A stretch of DNA of 64,000 nucleotides, taken from assembly GCA_001818495.1 (NCBI GenBank), contig MHKS01000005.1, positions 12,288 through 76,287 on the forward strand. The letters run 5' to 3'. The notes beneath the pieces are model-generated. The model did no database searches and was not told the DNA's origin. It was given only the letters and a program-made list of their open reading frames with translations. Numbering within the stretch: position 1 is the first letter of the stretch; each line of letters starts with the position of its first letter. The stretch is from Candidatus Komeilibacteria bacterium RIFOXYD1_FULL_37_29. GTDB lineage: Bacteria > Patescibacteriota > Patescibacteriia > UBA1558 > GWA2-36-10. Positions 1-8,782 of the stretch are shown one piece after another. A program made the position numbers and the translations under genes.

Positions 1-518
1 GGCTTACCAGTCACTACTCCCAAAGATGGTTTACCAACTAGTTTAGAAAATTCATCAGCCATCCAAGCCATAATTTGTGGCGTGGTATAAACATCGGGGG
101 CTGGAATATCTTTTTCCGGACCAATAATTTCCCGAAAAGCTCTAATCCAAGCGCGAGACAGTCTCTCTGTCTCGCCTAGAGATAATGCTTTGGGGTCAAC
201 AATCACCCCACCCTTACCACCACCCATGGGTATGCCCACTACCGCACATTTTATAGTCATCCAAAAACCCAGAGCCTTTACCTCGTCCAAATCCACTTGA
301 GGATGAAAACGAATCCCTCCTTTATAGGGGCCGCGGGCGCTATTGTATTGGACGCGATAGGCTTGAAAAATCTTTAAAGACCCATCATCCATGCGAATAG
401 GCAAAGAAGCCATCACTACTTTCTCTGGACTAGATAAACGAGCTAACACTTCTTTATCTAGATTAATTAAGTTTGCAGCTTTTTCTAGCTGCCTCAAAGC
501 ATTGTCGTATGCATTCAT
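1..518 (-). CDS. gdhA: NAD(P)-dependent glutamate dehydrogenase, N-terminal part (gene 3' end lies beyond the window start)
   Basis: The reverse-strand translation starts [14 protein letters not shown]... and carries the GGIRFHP and GGGKGG signatures of Glu/Leu/Phe/Val dehydrogenases; ATG at complement of 516-518. Confidence 0.8.
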   Translation of the reverse strand, partial: MNAYDNALRQLEKAANLINLDKEVLARLSSPEKVVMASLPIRMDDGSLKIFQAYRVQYNSARGPYKGGIRFHPQVDLDEVKALGFWMTIKCAVVGIPMGGGKGGVIVDPKALSLGETERLSRAWIRAFREIIGPEKDIPAPDVYTTPQIMAWMADEFSKLVGKPSLGVVTGK

Positions 519-547
519 ATATTTATAGTCTAATTAATAACCACTAA

Positions 548-1504
548 TTATTTTTTGGGAGTCCAGTCTGGTGTCAAAGGTTTATCACCTTGTAAATAAC
601 GATAGGCCTGCAAAGCGGCCTTACAACCCTCACCAGCGGATATAACGGCTTGTTTATAGGTAATCTGAGTGATGTCACCAGCGGCAAAAATCCCCTTAAC
701 ATTTGTTTCATTATCAACGGTGATTTTTATTTCCCCCCGCTCAGTCAAATTTAAATTTAAATTTTGTAGCCACTTCGTGCTGGCCAAATGACCAATCTCC
801 ACAAATATTCCATCTACTGCTATTTCTTCTTTTGGTCCGTCAGTGATTTGATAAACCAAAGCCTCCACCCGACTGGTGCCTTTGACTTCAGTAACCGCAG
901 CGTTAAAAATGATCTTAATATTCTTGGCCGCTCGCACTTGATCAACCAAAACACTTTCACCACGAAATTTATCTTTACGCACCAATAGATACACCTGGTT
1001 GGCCAGTTTAGACATATATTCAGCGGCATCCAAAGCCGAATTACCACCACCAATTACCACTACATTTTTACCCCGATACAATGGACCATCACAAGTAGCA
1101 CAATAAGTCACTCCCTTGCCGGTTAATTCTTTTTCTCCTGGTACTTCTAGATTTCTGGGTGTCAAACCAAAAGCCAAAATAATAGTTTTAGCTTTAATCA
1201 ATTTTTTACTACCAGTTTGTACTACAAAATCTCCGGTGCTTTGTTTTTCTATCTGACAAACTTCTTCAAATAAATATTCCACACCGGTTTTGGCCGCCTG
1301 AGCTTGAAATTTTTGAGCCAAAGCTAAACCGCCAATTGATTCAAAACCCGGATAATTTTCTACATCTTCCGTCAAAGAAATTTGACCACCAATGTCTTTG
1401 GAAATAACCAAAGTCTTCATGGAGCGACGAGAAGTATAAATAGCGGCTGTCAGTCCGGACGGACCAGCACCCACTATCACTACATCATAAACTTTATCTT
1501 CCAT
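548..1504 (-). CDS. trxB: thioredoxin-disulfide reductase
   Basis: 318 aa; N-terminal FAD motif VVIVGAGPSGLTAA and redox-active CATCDG. Confidence 0.9.
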   Translation of the reverse strand: MEDKVYDVVIVGAGPSGLTAAIYTSRRSMKTLVISKDIGGQISLTEDVENYPGFESIGGLALAQKFQAQAAKTGVEYLFEEVCQIEKQSTGDFVVQTGSKKLIKAKTIILAFGLTPRNLEVPGEKELTGKGVTYCATCDGPLYRGKNVVVIGGGNSALDAAEYMSKLANQVYLLVRKDKFRGESVLVDQVRAAKNIKIIFNAAVTEVKGTSRVEALVYQITDGPKEEIAVDGIFVEIGHLASTKWLQNLNLNLTERGEIKITVDNETNVKGIFAAGDITQITYKQAVISAGEGCKAALQAYRYLQGDKPLTPDWTPKK

Positions 1505-1508
1505 GATT

Positions 1509-1835
1509 TTATTTTGAATATTTATTAATCAAAGCCAATAAGGCCTCCTTGCCTTGTAAGCCAATCATGTTTTCTACTTCTTGTCCGTCTTTAAACATTT
1601 TTAAAGTGGGAATACTCATGATTTGAAACTCACGCGAGGTAGCTTGGTTGTCATCAACGTTGAGTTTACCAATTTTTACATTGCCCTGACCTTTGGTGGC
1701 CTCAACAACCTCTTCGATAATCGGACCCTGCATCTTACATGGCCCGCACCAGGGAGCCCAAAAATCTACTAACGCTACTCCTTTAAATTGTTTTACTTCT
1801 TGATCAAAGTTTTGATCTGTTAATTCTAGTGCCAT
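1509..1835 (-). CDS. trxA: thioredoxin
   Basis: 108 aa with the WCGPC active site; 4 nt from trxB. Confidence 0.9.
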   Translation of the reverse strand: MALELTDQNFDQEVKQFKGVALVDFWAPWCGPCKMQGPIIEEVVEATKGQGNVKIGKLNVDDNQATSREFQIMSIPTLKMFKDGQEVENMIGLQGKEALLALINKYSK

Positions 1836-1856
1836 ATTTTTTACTTACTTAATTAT

Positions 1857-2117
1857 TTATGTGACGTCAAATAAGACGTCGATTAATTTTAATAATTCTT
1901 CTTTCTTGGCTACCCGGCCACTATCATAACAACCACCGACTTTATCATCTACCAAAAGTTTCATCACTGAATCAAGCGAGGCTCTGGCCGCTTTAACTTG
2001 GCACACAATATCTTCAATGCCTCTTTTGTCCTGATACATTTTTTCTACAGCGCGAATCTGCCCTTCAATCCGATGAAGCTGAGAAATAATGCGTTCTGGC
2101 TGACAAATTTTTTTCAT
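1857..2117 (-). CDS. CsoR/RcnR/CstR-family (DUF156) metal- or persulfide-sensing transcriptional repressor; start moved to the second Met
   Basis: HRIEGQIRAVEKM core typical of the CsoR family, with three Cys and no His at the Y position. The track start at 2147 would put the operator palindrome inside the gene, so the ATG at complement 2115-2117 is preferred. Confidence 0.7.
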   Translation of the reverse strand: MKKICQPERIISQLHRIEGQIRAVEKMYQDKRGIEDIVCQVKAARASLDSVMKLLVDDKVGGCYDSGRVAKKEELLKLIDVLFDVT

Positions 2118-2120
2118 ATT

Positions 2121-2142
2121 ATATACCCTCTGGGGGTATACT
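2121..2142 (-). promoter_or_regulatory. CsoR-type operator overlapping the -10 of the csoR-like/trxA/trxB promoter
   Basis: Inverted repeat ATACCC-tctgg-GGGTAT, close to the B. subtilis copZA CsoR site (ATACCCTACGGGGGTAT). On the minus strand a TTGACA-17-TAGTAT promoter sits immediately upstream. Confidence 0.5.
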
Positions 2143-2258
2143 ATCATTTTTAAAAATCCTTGTCAAATAAAATAATGCTCTATAAAAACTGCCCAAAAGA
2201 TATTTTTGGGCAGTTTTATTTGGCCAATATTAGATAAAAAAAGCTATTCCTGACAGAA

Positions 2259-3233
2259 TTAGCGGATGGTATGATCATCGCTCTCATCACGAATATCCCC
2301 CATGATCTCTTCCAAAATATCCTCCATGGTTACGAGCCCCAAAAGCTCCTCTTCCCGAAAAACCACGGCCATATGCCGATGCTTACGACGCATTTTATTA
2401 AAAACATTATTAATCTTTTCTTCTGGCCTTAAAATAATAATTGGCTGCATTATTTTCTTTAGGGGTGCTTCCCGATCTTCACTATTTAAAACCTTGATAA
2501 TATCAATCACATGGACATAACCAATAATATTATCTTTTTGATTATGATAAACAGGATAACGAGAAAATCCAGAATGGCCAATAAAATAAGCTACTTGATC
2601 AACGTCCGCATCATCGTTTAAAACCTCTATTTTATAACGCGGAGTAATAATATCTTTGACTTCTTTATCATTAAATTCCAAAACATTAATAATCATTTCA
2701 TGCTCTTCAAAATCAATGGTACCGCCCTCTACAGCCAAACGACTAAGTGCCCGAAATTCCATTTCTGATACCCCCTCGGCTTTCCGACCACCAGTTAAAA
2801 GCTGTAATAATTTTTCCAAAATATAAACTATCGGGAATAAAATTAGCTGTAAAAAATAAACAACGGGGACAAAAAATAAAGCAATTTTAGCGGCTCGTGT
2901 CTGAAAAAAGGCTTTGGGGTACATTTCTCCAAAAACCAAAATTAAGAAGGTCATTGTTCCGGTAGCTATTCCCGCTCCAGCCGTACCCCAAATACCAATG
3001 GCTGCCACAGTAGCCAAGGAAGCAGCACTAATATTAACTAAATTATTACCCAAAAGTAAAATAACCAATAATTTTCGCTTATTAGTTAAAAGTTTTTGCA
3101 AAAGATGGGCATTTTTTCTTTTTTGTAAAACCAATTCTTTTACTTTGGCTGAGGAAAGGGAAAACATGGCTATTTCCATACCGGAAAACCAAGCCGACAG
3201 ACACAATAAAACCACTAAACTTAAATAAATCAT
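2259..3233 (-). CDS. HlyC/CorC-family membrane protein (DUF21 TM domain + CBS pair + CorC_HlyC)
   Basis: 324 aa with an N-terminal four-helix TM domain, a CBS region and a C-terminal acidic transporter-associated domain. Confidence 0.8.
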   Translation of the reverse strand: MIYLSLVVLLCLSAWFSGMEIAMFSLSSAKVKELVLQKRKNAHLLQKLLTNKRKLLVILLLGNNLVNISAASLATVAAIGIWGTAGAGIATGTMTFLILVFGEMYPKAFFQTRAAKIALFFVPVVYFLQLILFPIVYILEKLLQLLTGGRKAEGVSEMEFRALSRLAVEGGTIDFEEHEMIINVLEFNDKEVKDIITPRYKIEVLNDDADVDQVAYFIGHSGFSRYPVYHNQKDNIIGYVHVIDIIKVLNSEDREAPLKKIMQPIIILRPEEKINNVFNKMRRKHRHMAVVFREEELLGLVTMEDILEEIMGDIRDESDDHTIR

Positions 3234-3245
3234 ACTGTTATAAAT

Positions 3246-3320
3246 TGGTGTCCTCGAGAGGAATTGAACCTCTATTTAAGCCTTAGGAGAGCCTTGTTCT
3301 ATCCGTTGAACTACGAGGAC
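3246..3320 (-). tRNA. tRNA-Arg (anticodon CCU)
   Basis: Cloverleaf folded by hand: acceptor GTCCTCG/CGAGGAC, D arm GTTC..GAAC, anticodon loop CTCCTAA, T arm AGAGG-TTCAATT-CCTCT, encoded CCA. Confidence 0.75.
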
Positions 3321-3383
3321 AAAAATATTTTATTTACTTTTTTAAACTAATATTAGAACAAATAGTGTGTCGTAATATATTAT

Positions 3384-3989
3384 CTATCTGCCAGCTAGCG
3401 GAACTTTAAACATACAACCATGACCAGGGATAATAAAATCAGCTAATTTTAATATCTTCTGCCTGCTTAGCTCATAAGCTTTTAAATCATTAAATAATAA
3501 TGGTTTTTTATCTAAATCCGCCAAACTAGCTGTGGCTATGGCGTCTCCAGCTATTATTATCTTGCCTTGAGCAGTTGTCACTAATAAAGAAATGTGGTCT
3601 TCGGTGTGTCCCGGGGTAAGCAAAAATTCTACATCTTTAGCTAATTTTAGACCATCTTTTATATCTACCCGCTTTAAATACCGTTCTGTTGGTACGTGGT
3701 ATTGTCCGGGATAATCAGCTTTGAGCTTGCAGTAAATTCGAGCTTTATTAAACAAGGCCACATTACTAGTATGATCAAGGTGTAAATGGGTTAAACAAAC
3801 AATATCAATGTCAGCTGGTTTTAAATTATTTTTAGCTAATTCTAGCAAAACTTCTTCTTGGTCGGGTAAATATCCTGGATCAACAATAATATTTTTATCC
3901 GTTTTAATTAAGGTCACGGTGGCACCAATAATCAATTTGTCATCAGCTACTTGATGACGACCCACTACCAATACTTTCACTTCCGCCAT
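3384..3989 (-). CDS. MBL-fold metallo-hydrolase
   Basis: 201 aa with the THLHLDH metal-binding motif. Confidence 0.75.
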   Translation of the reverse strand: MAEVKVLVVGRHQVADDKLIIGATVTLIKTDKNIIVDPGYLPDQEEVLLELAKNNLKPADIDIVCLTHLHLDHTSNVALFNKARIYCKLKADYPGQYHVPTERYLKRVDIKDGLKLAKDVEFLLTPGHTEDHISLLVTTAQGKIIIAGDAIATASLADLDKKPLLFNDLKAYELSRQKILKLADFIIPGHGCMFKVPLAGR

Positions 3990-4148
3990 ATTTTCATTTC
4001 AATAATTAAGCTTATCTATTGTAATATAAGCCCCTTTAAAAGTCTATATTTAACCACAAATTATACCCATTTTAAACTTTACATAAAGGGGGTTATTAGC
4101 TATTATTAAAGGACTGACATTTTTAATTTATCACTAAAATAAACACTT

Positions 4149-4571
4149 ATGTTTTCAAAAAATCAAACTACTACGCCATCTACCAAGGGCATCGAAACAA
4201 TCATTGGACCATCTGTCAAAGTAGAGGGCGATTTTAAAGGCGAGGGCGATTTGGTAATCGAGGGCGTCTTAATCGGCAATCTACAAACCAAAAATAACCT
4301 AAAAATAGGCAAAAATGCCATCATTGAAGCCAGCATTAAGGCCAATAATGCCTTTATTTCCGGTAAAGTCAAAGGAGATATCCTAGTTAAAGGCAAGGTG
4401 GAAATTACTGGTACGGCCATTATTTTGGGTAACATCAAAGCTCAAATTATCTCTATTGAGAGTGGCGCCTTAATAAAGGGTACTCTAGATATGCCGGTCG
4501 GTAATATTACAGTCGATGAACCACGTTTAGAACCCCACCAAGAAGCGCCGAGAGAAGACAAGGAAAAATAA
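4149..4571 (+). CDS. bactofilin-family cytoskeletal protein
   Basis: 140 aa of repetitive beta-helical bactofilin core (GDFKGEGDLVIEG..., ISGKVKGDILVKGKVEITG), followed by a proline/charged tail. Confidence 0.75.
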   Translation: MFSKNQTTTPSTKGIETIIGPSVKVEGDFKGEGDLVIEGVLIGNLQTKNNLKIGKNAIIEASIKANNAFISGKVKGDILVKGKVEITGTAIILGNIKAQIISIESGALIKGTLDMPVGNITVDEPRLEPHQEAPREDKEK

Positions 4572-4595
4572 TTTCTAAGCTAACTTCTGGAGTTT

Positions 4596-5336
4596 ATGTA
4601 CTTATATATTTACGACTCCTTTCTCAATGATAAAAAATACTCTGATCTTTTAATCAGTATTGAAAAAAGATTAACTGACCTTGGTATCAAAGGAAAAATT
4701 GCCCGCCTGTCCATTTTGAAAAATATGAAAGAGATGATAATGGACGGAGTCAAAGAGGGAGTACAAACTGTAGTGGCCATTGGCAACGCCCAAACTTTTG
4801 CCAAAGTCATCAATGTGGTGGCTGATTTAGATGTAGCATTGGGACTTATTCCGGTAGACAACAACAACCCCATTGCCAAAGTGTTGGGTATCCCTCCGAG
4901 AGTAATGGCCTGTGATGTCTTGGCTTCACGAATAATTAAAAAAATTGATTTGGGAAAAATAAATAATTATTATTTTGTAAATACTGCCCAGATAGAAAAC
5001 GGTGATGTCACCATCGAATACAAAGATTTTAAAATTTCACCCATTACTGAAAAAAGTAAAATTACCCTTTACAATTTCTCCAACAAATTTTCTAAATCAT
5101 CACCAGTCGACGGAATTTTAGAAGCCGTAATCACACCGATAAAATCCGGCCTGTTTGGTAAAAAAATGGTAGAACAAACTATTTTGCCCTTTACTAAGAT
5201 AAAAATTGGCAGTCGAGCAGAGGAGCAGGTGGCCATACTAACTGACGAACAAATCATCATGAAGACCCCGGCCGAGATTGTGGTGGTACCACAAAAACTA
5301 AAAGTAATTGTCGGTAGCGAAAGACATTTTGATTAA
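4596..5336 (+). CDS. diacylglycerol-kinase catalytic-domain-like protein (YegS/NAD-kinase fold) with a degenerate GGDGT motif
   Basis: The layout resembles DAGK_cat (..VVAIGNAQTFAKVIN.., LGLIPVDNNNPIAKVLGIP), but the GGDGT loop reads GNAQT. Confidence 0.45.
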   Translation: MYLYIYDSFLNDKKYSDLLISIEKRLTDLGIKGKIARLSILKNMKEMIMDGVKEGVQTVVAIGNAQTFAKVINVVADLDVALGLIPVDNNNPIAKVLGIPPRVMACDVLASRIIKKIDLGKINNYYFVNTAQIENGDVTIEYKDFKISPITEKSKITLYNFSNKFSKSSPVDGILEAVITPIKSGLFGKKMVEQTILPFTKIKIGSRAEEQVAILTDEQIIMKTPAEIVVVPQKLKVIVGSERHFD

Positions 5337-5346
5337 AGAAAACTAA

Positions 5347-5375
5347 CAAAAAACCCTATTTTATAGGGTTTTTTA
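5347..5375. terminator. bidirectional intrinsic terminator
   Basis: AAAAAACCCTAT-ttt-ATAGGGTTTTTT between convergent genes. Confidence 0.6.
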
Positions 5376-5409
5376 AATTTATTAAAAATAAGTGTATAAA
5401 TTATTTATT

Positions 5410-6129
5410 CTATTTTTTATCAACAATTTCTACCTCGTGTTTTTTTCGCCAGCCCAAAACTAGATACTGTTGAGCCACTGATAAGAGGGTGCTAAAAAAC
5501 CAATAAAAAGTTAAACCGGCTGGAAAACGCGAGCCAATAAAAATAGTTACAATGGGCATAATATAAGTCATCTGTGCACCCATACCAGCCATTCCACCGG
5601 CATTAGATTGTTTCTTACTCATTAACATCTTGGATTGCCAAAATTGTGCCGCACCAGCGAGCACTGCTAACCACCAGCTATTTTTTGCTAAATCTAGAAA
5701 CCCAAAGGCGATATGCTTTAATACTCCAGGATTATCTACAAAAGGATAAAGCGCCTGCATGGCATTGTCGTCAGTCAGGCCGTTGAAGAAAACTCTATAG
5801 ATAGCAAAAAGAAAAGGCAGTTGAATAAGCATGGGCATGCAAGAAGAAAATGGATTGATTCCTTTGCGCTTATAAAGAGCCATCAACTCCGGACCAAGTT
5901 GATCTTTGTTGTCTTTGTGTTTTTGTTTAAGTTCTTCTATTTCTGGTTGTAGAGTAGCTAATTCTTTTTGAGACTTAATGGCTTTTTTGGAAGGAATATA
6001 AAGAACTAATTTTATAATCACAGTGATAACAATAATAGCCACACCCAAATCGTGTCCGGGCAAAATATTATAAATATAAACTAGCAGGTTAAAAATCGGT
6101 TCGTAAAAGATTGTATTAAATATTCCCAT
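5410..6129 (-). CDS. yidC: membrane protein insertase YidC (short Gram-positive/CPR type)
   Basis: 239 aa multi-TM; position in the rpmH-rnpA-yidD-yidC block. Confidence 0.85.
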   Translation of the reverse strand: MGIFNTIFYEPIFNLLVYIYNILPGHDLGVAIIVITVIIKLVLYIPSKKAIKSQKELATLQPEIEELKQKHKDNKDQLGPELMALYKRKGINPFSSCMPMLIQLPFLFAIYRVFFNGLTDDNAMQALYPFVDNPGVLKHIAFGFLDLAKNSWWLAVLAGAAQFWQSKMLMSKKQSNAGGMAGMGAQMTYIMPIVTIFIGSRFPAGLTFYWFFSTLLSVAQQYLVLGWRKKHEVEIVDKK

Positions 6130-6169
6130 TTCTTTTTGTTATTGATTAATTAAAATTCTGCTCTTAAAA

Positions 6170-6406
6170 CTATATTAACGGATCATACCCACCTGACGAT
6201 AGGGGATGACAGCGCAATACTCTCCACAGGGCTTTGACCCCGCCTTTTAAAAAGCCATATTTAGCTATGGCTTGATAGCTATACTCTGAACAATGGGGAT
6301 GAAAACGGCAAAATCCATGTGGAAAATAAACCCTAAACCAACCCTGATCTGGCGATAGAGTCTTTTGATAAAGACGAATTATTTTTAAAATTATTTGTTT
6401 AAACAT
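6170..6406 (-). CDS. yidD: membrane protein insertion efficiency factor YidD
   Basis: 78 aa with the HPHCSEYSYQAI motif of the YidD family. Confidence 0.8.
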   Translation of the reverse strand: MFKQIILKIIRLYQKTLSPDQGWFRVYFPHGFCRFHPHCSEYSYQAIAKYGFLKGGVKALWRVLRCHPLSSGGYDPLI

Positions 6407-6754
6407 TTATTTCTTATAAATCAACCCTATTTTTTCCAAAGCAAAGGTCAGCTGTTTCTTTATGTTTTCAAAATCTAGGTCTAATAACTTTTTTTTAGCT
6501 ATTATTAGCACCAAATAGCCATTTTTAAATTGGGGGAACAGCAGTCTAGAAATTTCCCGCAAGTGTCTAGTAAGCTTATTTCTGACTACTGCTCTCTTGT
6601 CTACCCGCCCAGAAACAATAAAACCAATCTTAGTAGCCTCTGCCTGATTGGTCTTATACTTTATAGTCAGTTCTGGCAAAAAAAAGTTTCGGCCTGACCT
6701 GACCAAGTCTTTAATTTCTTTATCTTGGTGCAATCTGTGTTCCTTAGGCAACAT
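6407..6754 (-). CDS. rnpA: ribonuclease P protein component
   Basis: 115 aa basic protein between rpmH and yidD. Confidence 0.8.
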   Translation of the reverse strand: MLPKEHRLHQDKEIKDLVRSGRNFFLPELTIKYKTNQAEATKIGFIVSGRVDKRAVVRNKLTRHLREISRLLFPQFKNGYLVLIIAKKKLLDLDFENIKKQLTFALEKIGLIYKK

Positions 6755-6780
6755 AATATTTGCCCTAATATTAGCAAAAA

Positions 6781-6921
6781 TTAAACGGTTAAAATCTTAC
6801 GACCCCTTTTTCGACGACGGCTCAAAACTTTTTTGCCGTTTTTGGAAGCCATTCTAGCACGAAAACCGTGAGTCTTAGCTCTTTTTCTAGTATTTGGTTG
6901 ATAGGTTCTCTTAGTAGCCAT
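6781..6921 (-). CDS. rpmH: 50S ribosomal protein L34 (not in the ORF track, 46 aa)
   Basis: Reverse translation gives [46 protein letters not shown], a textbook L34. Confidence 0.9.
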   Translation of the reverse strand: MATKRTYQPNTRKRAKTHGFRARMASKNGKKVLSRRRKRGRKILTV

Positions 6922-7014
6922 ACATTCTTAAATTTCCCAATTAGATTAAATATTTTGACCATCAAACAATAACATATTATAAATATTTTTTCAAGGTTAA
7001 AGATCTTAAAAAAG

Positions 7015-7033
7015 TTATCCACAGTTATCCACA
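7015..7033 (+). promoter_or_regulatory. two tandem perfect DnaA boxes (TTATCCACA g TTATCCACA) just upstream of dnaA
   Basis: Exact consensus 9-mers read directly in the sequence; they fall inside the spurious N-terminal extension of the dnaA ORF. Confidence 0.65.
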
Positions 7034-7122
7034 TGCTATTCACACCATATCAACTACCACCGATATTTTATCTGTGGTATAGTTATACACAGCTAATTTT
7101 TAGACTAAAAATCGCTAAAAAA

Positions 7123-8508
7123 ATGGAAAATAATGACAAAATTTGGGAAAAAACTTTAGGAGAATTAGAGCTCTTAATTAGTAAGGCCAACTTTACCACT
7201 TGGTTTAAAAACACCTTTGTTGCTACTATAGAAAATAACGATATCACCGTGGGCGTACCAAATGCCTTTACTAAAGTTTGGCTAGAAAAAAAATATCATG
7301 ACCAAATTATAGCCGCCCTAGAAAATGTCTTGTCTAAAAATAATCTACAAATTATCTACAAGGTTATTACTAAGGATAGGTCTGCGAATATTAGCCAAGA
7401 AAATACAAAAAAAGTTAATATTAGTAACGGAAAAGAAACCGAAACAATCCAAACATCCACCGAAAACCGCCAGCCAACAGTGGCCCGCTTTGGCTTAAAT
7501 ACTCAATATGTTTTTGAAAGTTTTGTAGTTGGTCCGGGTAATGAATTGGCCCAGGCTGCTGCCCATGCTGCTGCCCAAAAACCAGGCCAAATATATAATC
7601 CGCTCTTTATTTATGGTGGTGTTGGTTTGGGCAAAACTCACTTAGTGCAGGCTGTTGGCAACTATATTTTAGCCAAAGATCCCACTAAAAAGGTAGTTTA
7701 TATTAATAGTGAAAAATTTACCAATGATTTTATTTTTGCTATTAAATCCGGTCAAACTGATAAATTCAAACAAACCTATCGTAATATTGATGTTTTACTA
7801 ATTGATGATATCCAGTTTATCGCTGGTAAAGAGCAAACCCAGGAAGAATTTTTCCATACTTTCAACGCTCTTCATCAAAACAATAAACAAATTGTTATTT
7901 CTTCTGATCGCCCACCCAAGGCCATTCCGGGTATAGAAAATCGATTAATTTCCCGTTTTGAGTGGGGGATGATTGCTGATATTTCCGCTCCCGATCTAGA
8001 AACCCGTATGGCTATCTTAGAAATTAAGGCGCAAGAAAAAAAATATAAACTTAATAAAGATATTATTCACTATGTAGCTGAAAATATCCAAAATAACATT
8101 CGCGAACTAGAGGGTGCTTTAAATAGAATTATTGCCTTTCATCAACTAAACAACACCACACCCACCCTAGATAGTGTTAAGGCTATTTTGGGTGGTCTAT
8201 CTGCCAATCATCGCCGGGCCGGATTAACCCCACGTAAACTTTTAGAATCCATCAGCGTCTTTTATGATATTAGTATGGAAAACTTGCTCGGTGCTAGCCG
8301 TAAAAAAGAGCTGGTGGTTCCTAGACAAATCGCCATGTTTTTAATGCGGGAAGAATTAAAGGCCTCTTATCCCAACATTGGTCAAGAAATTGGGGGCCGA
8401 GATCACACCACCGCCATGCACGCCTGTATTAAAGTTACTACCTTAATAGAAATGGACGAAAAAATAAAAAACGATATCTTAATATTACGACAAAAAATCT
8501 ATGAATAA
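7123..8508 (+). CDS. dnaA: chromosomal replication initiator DnaA
   Basis: AAA+ Walker A GGVGLGKTHL, box VII, and a C-terminal DNA-binding domain. Start moved to MENNDKIWEK because the DnaA boxes lie upstream of it. Confidence 0.95.
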   Translation: MENNDKIWEKTLGELELLISKANFTTWFKNTFVATIENNDITVGVPNAFTKVWLEKKYHDQIIAALENVLSKNNLQIIYKVITKDRSANISQENTKKVNISNGKETETIQTSTENRQPTVARFGLNTQYVFESFVVGPGNELAQAAAHAAAQKPGQIYNPLFIYGGVGLGKTHLVQAVGNYILAKDPTKKVVYINSEKFTNDFIFAIKSGQTDKFKQTYRNIDVLLIDDIQFIAGKEQTQEEFFHTFNALHQNNKQIVISSDRPPKAIPGIENRLISRFEWGMIADISAPDLETRMAILEIKAQEKKYKLNKDIIHYVAENIQNNIRELEGALNRIIAFHQLNNTTPTLDSVKAILGGLSANHRRAGLTPRKLLESISVFYDISMENLLGASRKKELVVPRQIAMFLMREELKASYPNIGQEIGGRDHTTAMHACIKVTTLIEMDEKIKNDILILRQKIYE

Positions 8509-8782
8509 GTTGTTTATAAATTTTTAATAAGTCTGTAGATAAAAAATTATAAATTGTTAACAAACCCCGGACTTATAAACAAAAAATGGACATTCAAAAA
8601 TCACTGGGGATTAAATGACACTTATAAACAAAATTATTCATAACTTACCCCCACATAAAATATAAATAAAAACATAAATTAACTAGAGTTTTTCTCAAAA
8701 AATTTCTCTTATCAACATACCCACAGGCTCTAATACTAATACTTTATTTATATTATAATAATAACTAGTAAATAATAATTAT
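8509..8782. other. candidate oriC / DNA unwinding region between dnaA and dnaN
   Basis: Strongly AT-rich 274-nt spacer with three copies of the box-like TTATAAACA and one TTATCAACA; position is conserved for oriC in many bacteria. Confidence 0.4.

Noticed and set aside
2118-2147. Track start (MIVYPQRVYN) of the CsoR-like gene
   Set aside because: These codons are the operator palindrome and -10 region; the second Met gives a protein of typical CsoR length.
7033-7122. N-terminal 30-aa extension of the DnaA ORF as given in the track (MLFTPYQLPPIFYLWYSYTQ...)
   Set aside because: The extension is encoded by the two perfect DnaA boxes and promoter-like sequence; MENNDKIWEK at 7123 is the conserved DnaA start.
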